Positions 9,582-19,611 of a stretch of 64,000 nucleotides of DNA are shown here, one piece after another (position 1 is the stretch's first letter; every line of letters begins with the position of its first letter). The translations under genes were made by a program, and so were the position numbers. Source of the stretch: an uncultured Dehalococcoidales bacterium (lineage in GTDB: Bacteria; Chloroflexota; Dehalococcoidia; Dehalococcoidales; UBA2162); contig CAYVOV010000003.1 in NCBI GenBank assembly GCA_964453525.1, positions 2,099-66,098 on the forward strand, read 5' to 3'. The notes under the pieces were generated by a model. That model ran no database searches, was not told the DNA's origin, and saw nothing but the letters and a program-made list of their open reading frames with translations.

Positions 9582-9660
9582 AAATCCTTCCTCCTTTGTA
9601 CCACCCTTTAAACAGCATATGATATAAATAAGTCGAATTATCCTGGATAAAGTAAGTTTC

Positions 9661-10470
9661 TTACCATCCTCCGACTTCTTGCCACATTTCTTCGGCTGCT
9701 TCATCAATCCAATCTGGGAACATTTCATCTAAGTAGTCCAATATATCAGCACCAATCTGTTCCTGAAGATCAGTTGCCGATTTAGCAGCCCTTAAGGCAT
9801 CTGGTCCACAATAGAGTCGCTGATTATTAGTGCCTTTGCACCAATTTTCAATTTCATCCAAGACTGTTTGGAGAGACCTGCATGACCATGCTGCTAAATT
9901 TTGAACCGCGCGACAATCTATCTCGCTTAGGCATTTAGCAGCTCCTCTAGCTGTTGCTTCGTATATTAATGGCAATGGGAGCCTTTGAGGCTCGATCACT
10001 GTGATTCCCCAGAGTGCTGCGTAATGACGGCAATCATCACGTATGTTATGACCAGATAGAAGGAATCTATTCATCGGAATCTTTGCGTAGAATTGACTAC
10101 TACCCTGGAGAAAATCAAGACTTTTACTATTGAAAATTAGAAGTTCATTTTTTTCTAATTTGGTTGTTAGGTGTTTCAGTTCCCAGTGGGTCACGCAAGT
10201 AACGTCTCTTGTACCGCCATCTACCTCATGTCTAAGTCCCGAAGCACTACGCTGCTCTGCGAGGGAAGTAGAGCCTGCTTTCTCGCTAAGACGGATGCCG
10301 CGTCGCTCACAAAGGTCGTAAAAGAGGTCCTCGAAATTACGACCTCTCTCATATCCATGACCAGATATTCCCCCAACCTCTACAATTGCATAAACTCTAA
10401 CTATTAGGTCAAGGATATTCTCTGGAAATAGGTTGGAATAGTCCTTTACAATTGGCTTCTTCCACCACAT
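9661..10470 (-). CDS. predicted PD-(D/E)xK fold nuclease, family unknown
   Basis: 269 aa. FEDLFYDLCERRG ... HEVDGG-(13)-WELKH fits the E...D...ExK restriction-endonuclease-like core. Confidence 0.45.
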   Translation of the reverse strand: MWWKKPIVKDYSNLFPENILDLIVRVYAIVEVGGISGHGYERGRNFEDLFYDLCERRGIRLSEKAGSTSLAEQRSASGLRHEVDGGTRDVTCVTHWELKHLTTKLEKNELLIFNSKSLDFLQGSSQFYAKIPMNRFLLSGHNIRDDCRHYAALWGITVIEPQRLPLPLIYEATARGAAKCLSEIDCRAVQNLAAWSCRSLQTVLDEIENWCKGTNNQRLYCGPDALRAAKSATDLQEQIGADILDYLDEMFPDWIDEAAEEMWQEVGGW

Positions 10471-10481
10471 CCCTGAACCCT

Positions 10482-11792
10482 CTAAATAATGCGCTCGTCA
10501 GTAGCAATTTCCTCGGTTTCTTCATCTTCGGAAGTCGTTGGAAGCAAACGCTCAAGCTTTGGTAGAACGAACACTTCGTCTAATCGTGGTGCTTTATTAG
10601 TGTTACCAAGCTCTAATAGCCTATTTAGTATGCGCAAAAACTCCCTTGGATTAGGTCTTGTAGCTTCCCATGCTATTTTTAGAGACGCTTCCGTAAAGGG
10701 CGAAATACTATCTGTACGAGTGGGAAGCGCTACGGTTGAGTCATTGAGCATTCGTTCTGCAAGAAGATGCGCCGAACTAAACTCCTCGAGACCTTTAAGC
10801 ACAACTACAACAGGCTCATTAAGAGGATTGTCATAGTCTAGAGAAGGAAGGTCTTCGTGTTGCCACGCGTTTCTAAGGCGGTAATATGCACTGGGATGTA
10901 GCTGGAACACAAAGGATGCCCGGGAGGAAAATGGTTCAGCCTCAATTAACGCATCTCTAATGAATTTCACATTTCGCTCTATTTTGGAGGTTCCAGACAT
11001 TGATGTAAAATCCTCTACTTGGTCAATAAAGAAAGTAAAATGCTCCATTCCTGCTAATTCAGAGAACACAACAAGAATCTGCAGATATTTGAGTCCATTA
11101 CGATCATGATGCCAAGTGCCAACATCAGAAGCAAGGAATCTTTCTAATGCCTCTGTATCTGGTGTAGCAAGATGGTACATGAAATCTTCAAGCAAATTCC
11201 TGATGTCGAGAGTTACTGCCAGCTTCCGGAACCTATCCCTAATGGCTTCGACGATGGCAGTATCTTCACTACCTTCGACTGCCTTCCCAGCACTCACGAG
11301 CTTTGCTGCAGCTCGTTCTCTCAGTTTTGTGTGCGTACTTATGCCAGCATTATCCCGCGTCCGGAGAATAAATCGTGCCAAATTGAAAGCAGCGGCATCA
11401 ATACTCAAAATACCACCATAAGCCTTAGCAACAAATGTTACATATCCAGCAAGCACAGGATTAGCATTAGCGTCCTCATCTGAAATACCCAACGATGTTA
11501 AAGTCGATTTTCCGAAGTCTTGATTTATCTTTTTTGCTTCTTCGGCCATAAGCGTAGATTTTCCAAACCCGCGGGCCGACGGATCACCACTGGACACAGA
11601 CCAAACAGCACCAATAAGAGGCTGCCCATTCTCAAGTGGTGCTAATATGAACTTACGTAAAAATTCATTTCGCTGAAGCCCAAACATTTCGGGCACATAT
11701 ATGATTTCCGTGTCCTCTCCATAAGTGGCTTGACTAGGGAAAGGATTTTTCTTTAAACCGTATTGGATTTCATAATAAGATTTAATTGCCAT
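10482..11792 (-). CDS. AAA/ORC-ExeA-like P-loop ATPase with deviant Walker A
   Basis: 436 aa. N-terminal YGLKKNPF, SARGFGKST (Walker A-like), FTFFIDQVEDF (Walker B-like). Confidence 0.5.
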   Translation of the reverse strand: MAIKSYYEIQYGLKKNPFPSQATYGEDTEIIYVPEMFGLQRNEFLRKFILAPLENGQPLIGAVWSVSSGDPSARGFGKSTLMAEEAKKINQDFGKSTLTSLGISDEDANANPVLAGYVTFVAKAYGGILSIDAAAFNLARFILRTRDNAGISTHTKLRERAAAKLVSAGKAVEGSEDTAIVEAIRDRFRKLAVTLDIRNLLEDFMYHLATPDTEALERFLASDVGTWHHDRNGLKYLQILVVFSELAGMEHFTFFIDQVEDFTSMSGTSKIERNVKFIRDALIEAEPFSSRASFVFQLHPSAYYRLRNAWQHEDLPSLDYDNPLNEPVVVVLKGLEEFSSAHLLAERMLNDSTVALPTRTDSISPFTEASLKIAWEATRPNPREFLRILNRLLELGNTNKAPRLDEVFVLPKLERLLPTTSEDEETEEIATDERII

Positions 11793-11794
11793 TT

Positions 11795-13009
11795 TTAACC
11801 TCCATCAGAAATTGATAGTTTTATTAATCCAATTCGATGACCTCTTACTAGAACATAGCTTTCTCCTTGCGGTGGTGGGGTAAACGGCAACTCGGTATAA
11901 ATAGTCACCCCTGATTCTTCACGGTGTTCAATTATCCGTTCTAAACAAAGTGAGAATATTAAAGGTTGTATCCTCAAGTCCGTGCAAACGAGTGCCCGAA
12001 GAGGATAGATATCGATATATGTTTGTAATGAGCCGGACAATTTTTTATATGCAGATATTAATGACATCGTAAAATCATTTGAAACGTAAGACTGTCCATG
12101 ATGGGTAACTCCGGAAACAGAAGCCTCAGCGTTAAAAGACGGATCAGGCATGAAATCGCACGTCGAAAATATAACTCGTCCTGTAAAATCAGGATGAGAA
12201 GATGTTATAGCCACGCTGTAGAAATCTTGCGAACAACTAAATATATGCTGAAAAGTAACTGTATCAAAAAATAAGCCTTCTGATTTCAGGATGGCAGGCA
12301 CTACAATATTATCCTCTACTGTATCTACAATTTTCTTTACGTCAATATTTCGCATAGATGAAACACGATTCAGATACTCAACTTGTTCATCTACCTTTTC
12401 GTTGAATATGACAATTTTCTCCGCAGGGAAATCGATGGTTTTAAGCCTTGTAGTGCAGCTTTCGATTATTCTATTAGCCAACAGATCAGGATCAATAGGG
12501 AATTTCAGGCTTTGCCCAAGCTGTTTAATACTTGTTATATCAGGAATATACATTGGCGACTTGAGTAAACGTATAGTGAACGCTCTAAAGTAGGGATGAT
12601 TGTTCATCCATAAAAGTAATATAGAATCAAACGCTTTTCCACGACTATCCTTATATAAGCGTGCTATCTCCATACCTTTCTCTGTGACTTTGCAGGGCGT
12701 TTCTTTTAATCTTTCTACCTCGGACCTTTTACGAGGTAAAGGTCCCACTGTTATTAATCTAAGTTTATTTAGGTCTGTAAGAGCATCACGTGCTACTGTC
12801 CACATAACTTCACGTGATGGAGGAGCATGTCGTTTCGATGAGCTGTGAAGAGAACGGCGTACTTCATCAAATGTACAAGTGGATTTGGATAAGGAAATAA
12901 AACGGAGAGAATCAAGAAGCTGATCTATCCGTATCCTGGGGATAGAGTCTTTAATAATATCTTTATCCTGCATACAAATATTATATAATAATATGGGAGC
13001 GTTTGTCAA
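11795..13009 (-). CDS. hypothetical protein with N-terminal winged-helix-like segments
   Basis: 404-aa ORF (alternative start at 12973, MQDKDII). LNKLRLITVGPLPRKRSEVERLKETPCKVTEKGMEIA resembles a wHTH. First gene of the six-gene operon. Confidence 0.4.
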   Translation of the reverse strand: MTNAPILLYNICMQDKDIIKDSIPRIRIDQLLDSLRFISLSKSTCTFDEVRRSLHSSSKRHAPPSREVMWTVARDALTDLNKLRLITVGPLPRKRSEVERLKETPCKVTEKGMEIARLYKDSRGKAFDSILLLWMNNHPYFRAFTIRLLKSPMYIPDITSIKQLGQSLKFPIDPDLLANRIIESCTTRLKTIDFPAEKIVIFNEKVDEQVEYLNRVSSMRNIDVKKIVDTVEDNIVVPAILKSEGLFFDTVTFQHIFSCSQDFYSVAITSSHPDFTGRVIFSTCDFMPDPSFNAEASVSGVTHHGQSYVSNDFTMSLISAYKKLSGSLQTYIDIYPLRALVCTDLRIQPLIFSLCLERIIEHREESGVTIYTELPFTPPPQGESYVLVRGHRIGLIKLSISDGG

Positions 13010-13052
13010 TACCGTTTCATTAATTTTTGTGAATTTCTATTAATCTGGAAGG

Positions 13053-13081
13053 TTGACTTTTATCCGACAACTGAATATTAT
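13053..13081 (+). promoter_or_regulatory. sigma70-like promoter for the HTH/Hma-type operon
   Basis: TTGACT (13053-13058), 17-bp spacer, TATTAT (13076-13081). GGAGAG RBS lies before ATG 13115. Confidence 0.4.
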
Positions 13082-13114
13082 TACGACAACGGAACTTTTT
13101 GGAGAGAAGTTAGT

Positions 13115-13336
13115 ATGCCAGTTCTAGAAGATTATATAAGCGTTAATGAAGCTGCTGAGTTTCTCAAAGTTCATCCGGGCACTGTCAAGAGGCTTTGTCG
13201 TGAACGCAGGTTATCAGCCCACAAAGTCCATAATGGATGGCTAATCCACATTAACGATGTGCAGTCCTTTGCTAAGGAATATAACGGCCGGAGGGGAAGG
13301 CCAAGCAACATGGATATTAATAAAAGGGTAATTTGA
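13115..13336 (+). CDS. excisionase-family/MerR-like HTH DNA-binding protein
   Basis: ISVNEAAEFLKVHPGTVKRLCRERRLSAHKVHNGWLI matches the HTH_17/excisionase pattern. Its stop overlaps the helicase start (TGATG). Confidence 0.7.
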   Translation: MPVLEDYISVNEAAEFLKVHPGTVKRLCRERRLSAHKVHNGWLIHINDVQSFAKEYNGRRGRPSNMDINKRVI

Positions 13337-16300
13337 TGGCCAAACTTGAAGAACTGGTAGAAGGAGCCCTAGTCGAGGGAATAATTGCTGATAGCCCCGC
13401 TACTGTAATACATACGAAGTGGTTTGGTGAACAGGCTATAGAGCTAACGTACAAAAATGAACAAACGGGGACTGTCAGTAACCGTTTGTTATATCGATCA
13501 GATGAGGATGCACTCCGTCTCATAGAGACAACTTCTGCTTTGGTGTTTGATGGTGACGGCGAGACATTCCGATTAGCATCTGAAGCAAACCGCATTCGTC
13601 TCGCATACTTATTCGATCCAAGACTAGCTGTTCACGTTTCGCAAGTAGACCCATTGCCGCATCAAATAGCCGCCGTATACGAGGAAATGTTAATTAGACA
13701 ACCACTACGGTATCTCTTAGCTGACGATCCAGGTGCCGGTAAAACAATTATGGCTGGCCTATTTATAAAGGAGCTAATTCTTAGAGGAGACCTTGAAAGG
13801 TGCTTAGTCGTATGTCCTGCAAATCTCGCAGAGCAATGGCAAGATGAACTTAGCGAAAAATTCAAATTACACTTCGAGATTGTAGGGCGCGAACAAATAG
13901 AGAGTAGCCTCACCATTAATCCCTTTCTTGAAAAACCTTTCGTTATCAGCCGTATCGACCTTCTTAAACCGAGGAGAGATAAAAACGGTGAACTCGATGA
14001 ATCTAACCTTGATAGGTTAAAACAAGTGGAGTGGGACTTACTAGTTGTCGATGAAGCTCACAAAATGAGCGCCTCATTTGTTGGAGGAGATGTTAAATTA
14101 ACCGCGAGGTATAGGCTTGGTCAAATTCTGTGCGATCCACAGCATAGCCGTCATATCGTATTTCTCACTGCGACGCCTCATCATGGTAAAGAGGAAGATT
14201 TCCAGCTCTTCTTAGCTCTGCTAGACAAAGACCGCTTTGAAGGGCGCTTCAGAACAGGAGTTCATCGCGTAGATACCTCCGACATTATGCGACGGATGCT
14301 AAAGGAAGAACTTGTTGATTTCGAGGGGAAACCTTTATTTCCAGAGAGACGGGCGTATACAGTGAACTATGACCTGAGTCCATTAGAAGCACGGTTGTAT
14401 GCTGATGTAACTGAGTATGTACGTACTGAGATGAATAGAGCTGACGAGTTGGCAGAAGTAGGTTCACATCGTCGGACAGTGATTGGCTTTGCACTTACGG
14501 TTCTACAGAGACGCTTAGCCTCCTCACCGGAAGCTATATACCAATCCTTACGACGGCGTCGGGAGCGGCTGGAAAAAAGGATTGAGGAGGAAAGACATAA
14601 GAAGCAAGCAGCGGAGCTCGACCTTACTTCCGGACTTAGAGCAATTGACGAAGAGGAGATGGATGACCTTCCAGACAGAGAGACGGAAGAACTTGAAGAC
14701 CAAGTAGTTGATCTGGCATCAAATGCCCGTACTATCGCTGAACTTGAACTTGAGATTATCCGTTTAAAGGAACTAGAGAAGCTAGCTAAGGAGGTCAGAC
14801 AAAGTGACACCGACCGTAAGTGGGAGGAGCTTCGTGATCTGCTCTTGAATCGTGCTGAGATGTTTGACCAGAAGGGACGAAGAAGAAAGCTCATTATATT
14901 CTCTGAGCATCGGGACACCCTTAGGTATTTGGCTAGCAAAGTACGGAATCTGTTGGGTGATCCTACTGCAATAATTGAGATACATGGTGGGATGGGACGT
15001 GTAGAGAGAAGGAAAGCACAAAATACTTTTATTAACGACCCTACTGCTGAAATATTAATTGCCACTGATGCAGCAGGCGAGGGTATAAACCTACAACGCG
15101 CCCATCTTATGGTTAATTATGACCTTCCCTGGAATCCAAATCGTATCGAACAGAGATTTGGACGTATCCATCGTCTAGGACAGCGTGAAGTCTGTCATCT
15201 ATGGAATCTTGTTGCATATCAGACGCGTGAAGGTGCAGTCTTCCGTCGCCTTTTTGAGAAACTGGAGTCACAACGTCAAGCATTAAAGGATAAGGTATTT
15301 GATGTTCTAGGGAGAGTCTTTGACGAAATCCCACTGCGTAATCTTCTTATGGATGCAATTCGCTATGGAGACCAACCTGAAGTAAGAGCAAGGTTGGAAG
15401 AGCGAATCGATGAACTTATGAGTCCTGAACACTATAGAGAGCTTATTGAGCGATTTGCTTTGGCAACTGACACGATTGATACTACTCGTTTACAATCTCT
15501 GATGGAAGATATGGAGAGAGCTGAAGCGCTACGGCTCCAGCCCCACTTTATTGCATCCTTCTTTACAGATGCGTTTCAGCGACTAGGTGGCTCAATTAGA
15601 GAGCGGGAATCTCAGCGTTATGAAATCAGGCGGGTTCCACAAGAGATAATCAGGAGGGCCCGTCAAATCAGACGGGGGATCCCGCTGGTACACCGCTATG
15701 AACGAATAGTGTTTGAGAAAGAACGTATAAACGTAGATGAAAAACCCCCGGCTGAATTTGTAGCTCCAGGACATCCTCTGCTGGATGCCACAATTGACCT
15801 TACTTTGGAACGGCATAGTCAGCTTCTGCGTCGAGGCGCTCTTCTTGTTGATCCTAGGGAAGACGGGCCTAATACTTCAAGAGCCTTGTTATTTATTCAA
15901 CATGAGATTCACGATGGCAGAGTTGACAAGCAAGGACGAAACCGTACTGCCTCCAGGAAGCTGCATTTTGTAGAGATTTCTCAAAATGGGGAATCTCAGG
16001 ATGCTGGTGCTGCTCCCTATCTTGATTACCGATCATTAAATGATGATGAGGGAAAAGCGGTTAACCAACTTCTTCAACAGGCCTGGCTTCAAAAAGACAT
16101 TGAAGAGCAAGCTAAGGCTTATGCTATTGAATTCCTTGTGCCAAGACACTTTGAAGAAGTAAAAGCCTATCGGGAGTCGTTGGTATTGAAGACCATGGCA
16201 GCGGTGAAAGAACGCTTAACTAAGGAAATCCAATACTGGGATAAAAGGGCGGAGGAGTTGAAAGCTCAAGAACTAGCCGGTAAGAAGCCACGAATAAACT

Positions 16301-16881
16301 CTGCATTAGCACGCCGTCGTGCTGATGACCTCACTGACCGACTCCAGGCACGCATGAAAGAGCTCGAATTAGAAAGGCAACTGTCACCCCGGCCACCAGT
16401 GGTTGTCGGTGGTGCTCTTGTAGTTCCAGAGAAAGTGTTAGCACACATGCTAAATCGTCCTGTGCCAGACCGTGGGGGCGTAGAAAAAGATGTGGTAGAA
16501 GAGCTTGCTATGAAGGCGGTAGAAGAAGCCGAGAGAAAGACTGGGCGAATTCCTACTCGTATGCCGGTCAATAACCCTGGTTACGATATCGAATCAAGAG
16601 ATCCTGAGACTGGGCATCTACATTTTATTGAGGTAAAAGGACGCCAGGCTGATGCCGACATCGTACATATTACGAAGAACGAATGGCTTGTCGCCTTGAA
16701 CAAGAGGGGCATGTTTATTCTAGCTATTGGACGTGTTCGTGATAACCAAGTGGAGTCATTGCATTATATCCGTGACCCGATGGCCCGCGCTGTAGCCGGT
16801 GATCTGACTTTTGGTGTAACGGGTATTGATCTGAATATTAATGAACTACTGAAGTTGGAGACTGTGGAGGCTATACGATGA
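13333..16881 (+). CDS. SNF2-family helicase with C-terminal DUF3883 (PD-(D/E)xK-like) domain; Hma-type helicase
   Basis: DDPGAGKT, VVDEAHKM, LTATPHHG, ATDAAGEGINLQ, QRFGRIHRLGQ. C-terminal GYDIESRD...FIEVKGR...ITKNEW. Confidence 0.85.
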   Translation: MMAKLEELVEGALVEGIIADSPATVIHTKWFGEQAIELTYKNEQTGTVSNRLLYRSDEDALRLIETTSALVFDGDGETFRLASEANRIRLAYLFDPRLAVHVSQVDPLPHQIAAVYEEMLIRQPLRYLLADDPGAGKTIMAGLFIKELILRGDLERCLVVCPANLAEQWQDELSEKFKLHFEIVGREQIESSLTINPFLEKPFVISRIDLLKPRRDKNGELDESNLDRLKQVEWDLLVVDEAHKMSASFVGGDVKLTARYRLGQILCDPQHSRHIVFLTATPHHGKEEDFQLFLALLDKDRFEGRFRTGVHRVDTSDIMRRMLKEELVDFEGKPLFPERRAYTVNYDLSPLEARLYADVTEYVRTEMNRADELAEVGSHRRTVIGFALTVLQRRLASSPEAIYQSLRRRRERLEKRIEEERHKKQAAELDLTSGLRAIDEEEMDDLPDRETEELEDQVVDLASNARTIAELELEIIRLKELEKLAKEVRQSDTDRKWEELRDLLLNRAEMFDQKGRRRKLIIFSEHRDTLRYLASKVRNLLGDPTAIIEIHGGMGRVERRKAQNTFINDPTAEILIATDAAGEGINLQRAHLMVNYDLPWNPNRIEQRFGRIHRLGQREVCHLWNLVAYQTREGAVFRRLFEKLESQRQALKDKVFDVLGRVFDEIPLRNLLMDAIRYGDQPEVRARLEERIDELMSPEHYRELIERFALATDTIDTTRLQSLMEDMERAEALRLQPHFIASFFTDAFQRLGGSIRERESQRYEIRRVPQEIIRRARQIRRGIPLVHRYERIVFEKERINVDEKPPAEFVAPGHPLLDATIDLTLERHSQLLRRGALLVDPREDGPNTSRALLFIQHEIHDGRVDKQGRNRTASRKLHFVEISQNGESQDAGAAPYLDYRSLNDDEGKAVNQLLQQAWLQKDIEEQAKAYAIEFLVPRHFEEVKAYRESLVLKTMAAVKERLTKEIQYWDKRAEELKAQELAGKKPRINSALARRRADDLTDRLQARMKELELERQLSPRPPVVVGGALVVPEKVLAHMLNRPVPDRGGVEKDVVEELAMKAVEEAERKTGRIPTRMPVNNPGYDIESRDPETGHLHFIEVKGRQADADIVHITKNEWLVALNKRGMFILAIGRVRDNQVESLHYIRDPMARAVAGDLTFGVTGIDLNINELLKLETVEAIR

Positions 16882-19610
16882 CCTACCGCAAGAAGTTAAT
16901 AGAGGTAGCCATGCCTCTTGATGCTATTAACAACGCATCTGCTCACGAAAAAGCAGTGCGGCGTGGTCATCCATCCGCGCTCCATTTGTGGTGGGCGCGA
17001 AGACCTCTCGCTGCTTGTAGAGCAATACTCTTTGCCTCATTGGTTGATGATCCCAGTAATGACTTGCCCGAAAATGAGGCAAATAAGGAGCGAGAACGCT
17101 TGTTCCGTATACTTGAAGACCTTGTGAGATGGGAAAACATTAATAACGAAACGGTAATCGGTATGGCGAGGGAAGAGATAATTAGGAGTACGAGAGATAA
17201 TCCTCCTTCACTCATAGACCCCTTTTGTGGTGGAGGTGCTATACCGCTGGAAGCTCAACGCCTGGGATTAGAAGCCTATGCCTCTGACTTGAATCCAGTG
17301 GCTGTTCTGATTACCAAGGCACTTATTGAAATACCAGCTAAGTTTGTCGGAAAACCTCCGGTGAATCCGGATTCAAAGAAAGGTACCGGTAGTACTGCTG
17401 GCTGGAGAGGTGCTTCAGGTTTGGCAGCTGACGTGCGTTTCTACGGCCAATGGATGCACAATGAGGCGTGGAAGCGTATTGGTCATCTGTATCCCAAAGG
17501 ACCAAATGGGGAGACAGTCATCACTTGGCTATGGACAAGAACAGTAAAATGCCCCAATCCTGCATGTGGTACTCAAATGCCTTTAGTGCGGTCCTTCTGG
17601 CTATCCACGCAGAAAGGCAAAAGGGCTTGGGTAAAACCTATCTTGGATTTAGATAACAAGACAGTGCGGTTCGAAACGAGTATAAGTGACAGTGATGCAC
17701 CACAAGGAACAGTCAACCGTTTGGGAGCTCGCTGTATCCTATGTGGTACGGCAGTATCCTTTGACTACATTAGAGCAGAGGGTAAAGCAGGATGCATAAA
17801 TAGGCGGTTAATGGCAATGGTTGGTGAGAACCAACACGGACGTATCTATTTGTCTCCAGACAATAATCACGAAAGTATCGCGGTTTCTGCTGATCCTGAC
17901 TGGATTCCCGATACAGAGTTACCAGAACAAGCGCTCGGATTTCGTGTTCAATTATATGGTATTTCGAGGCATGCAGAACTTTTCACAAGCCGTCAGCTTG
18001 TATTCCTCTCTGTGCTATGTGATCTAGTAGAGGAGGCCCATCTTCAGGTTATTGAACACTCTGGGAGAGATGAAGAATATGCTAATGCGGTTACCACTTA
18101 CTTAGGTCTAACAGCAAGTAAAATAGTTGATTCATGTAATGCATTCTGTCGCTGGCGGTCCGATCATGCTACAGCAACCAACCTGTTCGCTCGTCCCACA
18201 TTGTCCATGCTATGGGACTTTGCCGAGGTAAACCCATTTCAATTTGTCAACTACGCAGATCTTGCATCTAAGAGTGCAGCCGTATTGGAAACACTCAGCT
18301 TAGGGAAGTTGCATAGTGTACCAGCTGGAGCAGTCAGTCAACTGGACGCCACACAAGCGCTTCCAGTTTCTATACCAGCTCTCATTGCCACTGACCCTCC
18401 ATATTACGATAATATCGGTTATGCAGACCTCTCTGATTTCTTTTATATATGGCTCCGTCGCATGTTGAAGAGCATTTATCCTGAATTGTTTTCAACCTTG
18501 CTAACACCAAAGAATCAAGAGCTTATAGCATCACCATACCGATTTGACGGAAGCAAACAGAAAGCAAAGGAGCATTTCGAAAATGGACTCGAGAAAAACT
18601 TTGTGCTTATGCGAACAAAGGCTGCCTCGGAGTATCCAGTTACACTCTATTATGCTTTCAAGCAAGCTGAGAATGACAATGGTAGCGACGCAAATAGTAA
18701 ATCAGAAGTTCCTACTCTTGCACAGGCATCCACAGGCTGGGAGACCATGCTTCAGGGCCTGTTAAGTGCTGGCTTTCAGATTACGGCTACTTGGCCAATG
18801 AGGACAGAGCTAGGTACGAGGATGCGTGGGATTTCGTCTAATGCCCTTGCTTCATCAGTCGTACTTGCTTTTAGACTCAAGCAGAAAGATGCGCCAATTG
18901 CTACACGAAGGGAATTTTTGGCTGCCTTGCGAAAGGATTTACCTCAAGAATTGAGAGTACTCATGAATGGTCGGGTAGCCCCGGTTGATCTAGCGCAGGC
19001 ATCCATTGGCCCAGGAATGGCCATCTTTTCTCGCTACAGCAAGGTACTAGAGGCGAATGGTTCAGCCATGACGGTGAGAACCGCTCTTCAGGAGATTAAT
19101 TATTTCCTAGAAGACTACCTAGCACAGCAGGAGGGAGACCTAGACGTAGAGAGCCAGTTCTGCGTTGTTTGGTTTCAACAATATGGCTCTAGAGAAGGCC
19201 CCTTTGGAGAGGCGGATGTGCTGTCAAGAGCTAAGGATGTCAGTGTTGATGGTCTGGCTCGTCTTGGTCTGGTCGATGCTGAAAGAGGTAAAGTACATCT
19301 AACCCTGCGAGAGAGTTATGAAGATGATTGGGATCCCAGAAATCAGTCGCGGATCACTGCTTGGGAAGCTTGCCAACGCCTAGTGTGGAGCCTGAATGAG
19401 AACGGGGAGCAGGAAACAGGTCGCTTGGCAAGACGATTGGGTGGTGTAGCTGAGCAAGCAAGACAACTGGCATATCGTCTCTACGGTATTGCTGACCGTA
19501 AGGGATGGGCTGAAGAGGCTTCCGGCTATAACGCTTTAGTATCTTCTTGGTCTGAAATACAAAAGGCAGCCGCTGCTGCCGCTGAGGAAGCTCAAGGGAG
19601 GATGATGTGA
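16878..19610 (+). CDS. DUF1156-family DNA methyltransferase (N6A/N4C type) with Zn ribbon
   Basis: N-terminal EKAVRRGHPSALHLWWARRPLAACRA. DPFCGGGAIPLEA (SAM site). CPNPACG...CILCG. IATDPPYYD motif IV. ATGA overlap with the helicase stop. Confidence 0.85.
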   Translation: MTYRKKLIEVAMPLDAINNASAHEKAVRRGHPSALHLWWARRPLAACRAILFASLVDDPSNDLPENEANKERERLFRILEDLVRWENINNETVIGMAREEIIRSTRDNPPSLIDPFCGGGAIPLEAQRLGLEAYASDLNPVAVLITKALIEIPAKFVGKPPVNPDSKKGTGSTAGWRGASGLAADVRFYGQWMHNEAWKRIGHLYPKGPNGETVITWLWTRTVKCPNPACGTQMPLVRSFWLSTQKGKRAWVKPILDLDNKTVRFETSISDSDAPQGTVNRLGARCILCGTAVSFDYIRAEGKAGCINRRLMAMVGENQHGRIYLSPDNNHESIAVSADPDWIPDTELPEQALGFRVQLYGISRHAELFTSRQLVFLSVLCDLVEEAHLQVIEHSGRDEEYANAVTTYLGLTASKIVDSCNAFCRWRSDHATATNLFARPTLSMLWDFAEVNPFQFVNYADLASKSAAVLETLSLGKLHSVPAGAVSQLDATQALPVSIPALIATDPPYYDNIGYADLSDFFYIWLRRMLKSIYPELFSTLLTPKNQELIASPYRFDGSKQKAKEHFENGLEKNFVLMRTKAASEYPVTLYYAFKQAENDNGSDANSKSEVPTLAQASTGWETMLQGLLSAGFQITATWPMRTELGTRMRGISSNALASSVVLAFRLKQKDAPIATRREFLAALRKDLPQELRVLMNGRVAPVDLAQASIGPGMAIFSRYSKVLEANGSAMTVRTALQEINYFLEDYLAQQEGDLDVESQFCVVWFQQYGSREGPFGEADVLSRAKDVSVDGLARLGLVDAERGKVHLTLRESYEDDWDPRNQSRITAWEACQRLVWSLNENGEQETGRLARRLGGVAEQARQLAYRLYGIADRKGWAEEASGYNALVSSWSEIQKAAAAAAEEAQGRMM

Positions 19611-19611
19611 C

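Noticed and set aside
14367-15065. 232-aa Ser-rich ORF, together with many other ORFs of 60-140 aa lying antisense inside long genes (for example 8518-8928, 10489-10836, 30264-30689, 46335-46922, 53905-54597).
   Set aside because: Each lies entirely within a longer ORF on the opposite strand that has clear family motifs. Their low-complexity composition is typical of antisense frames.
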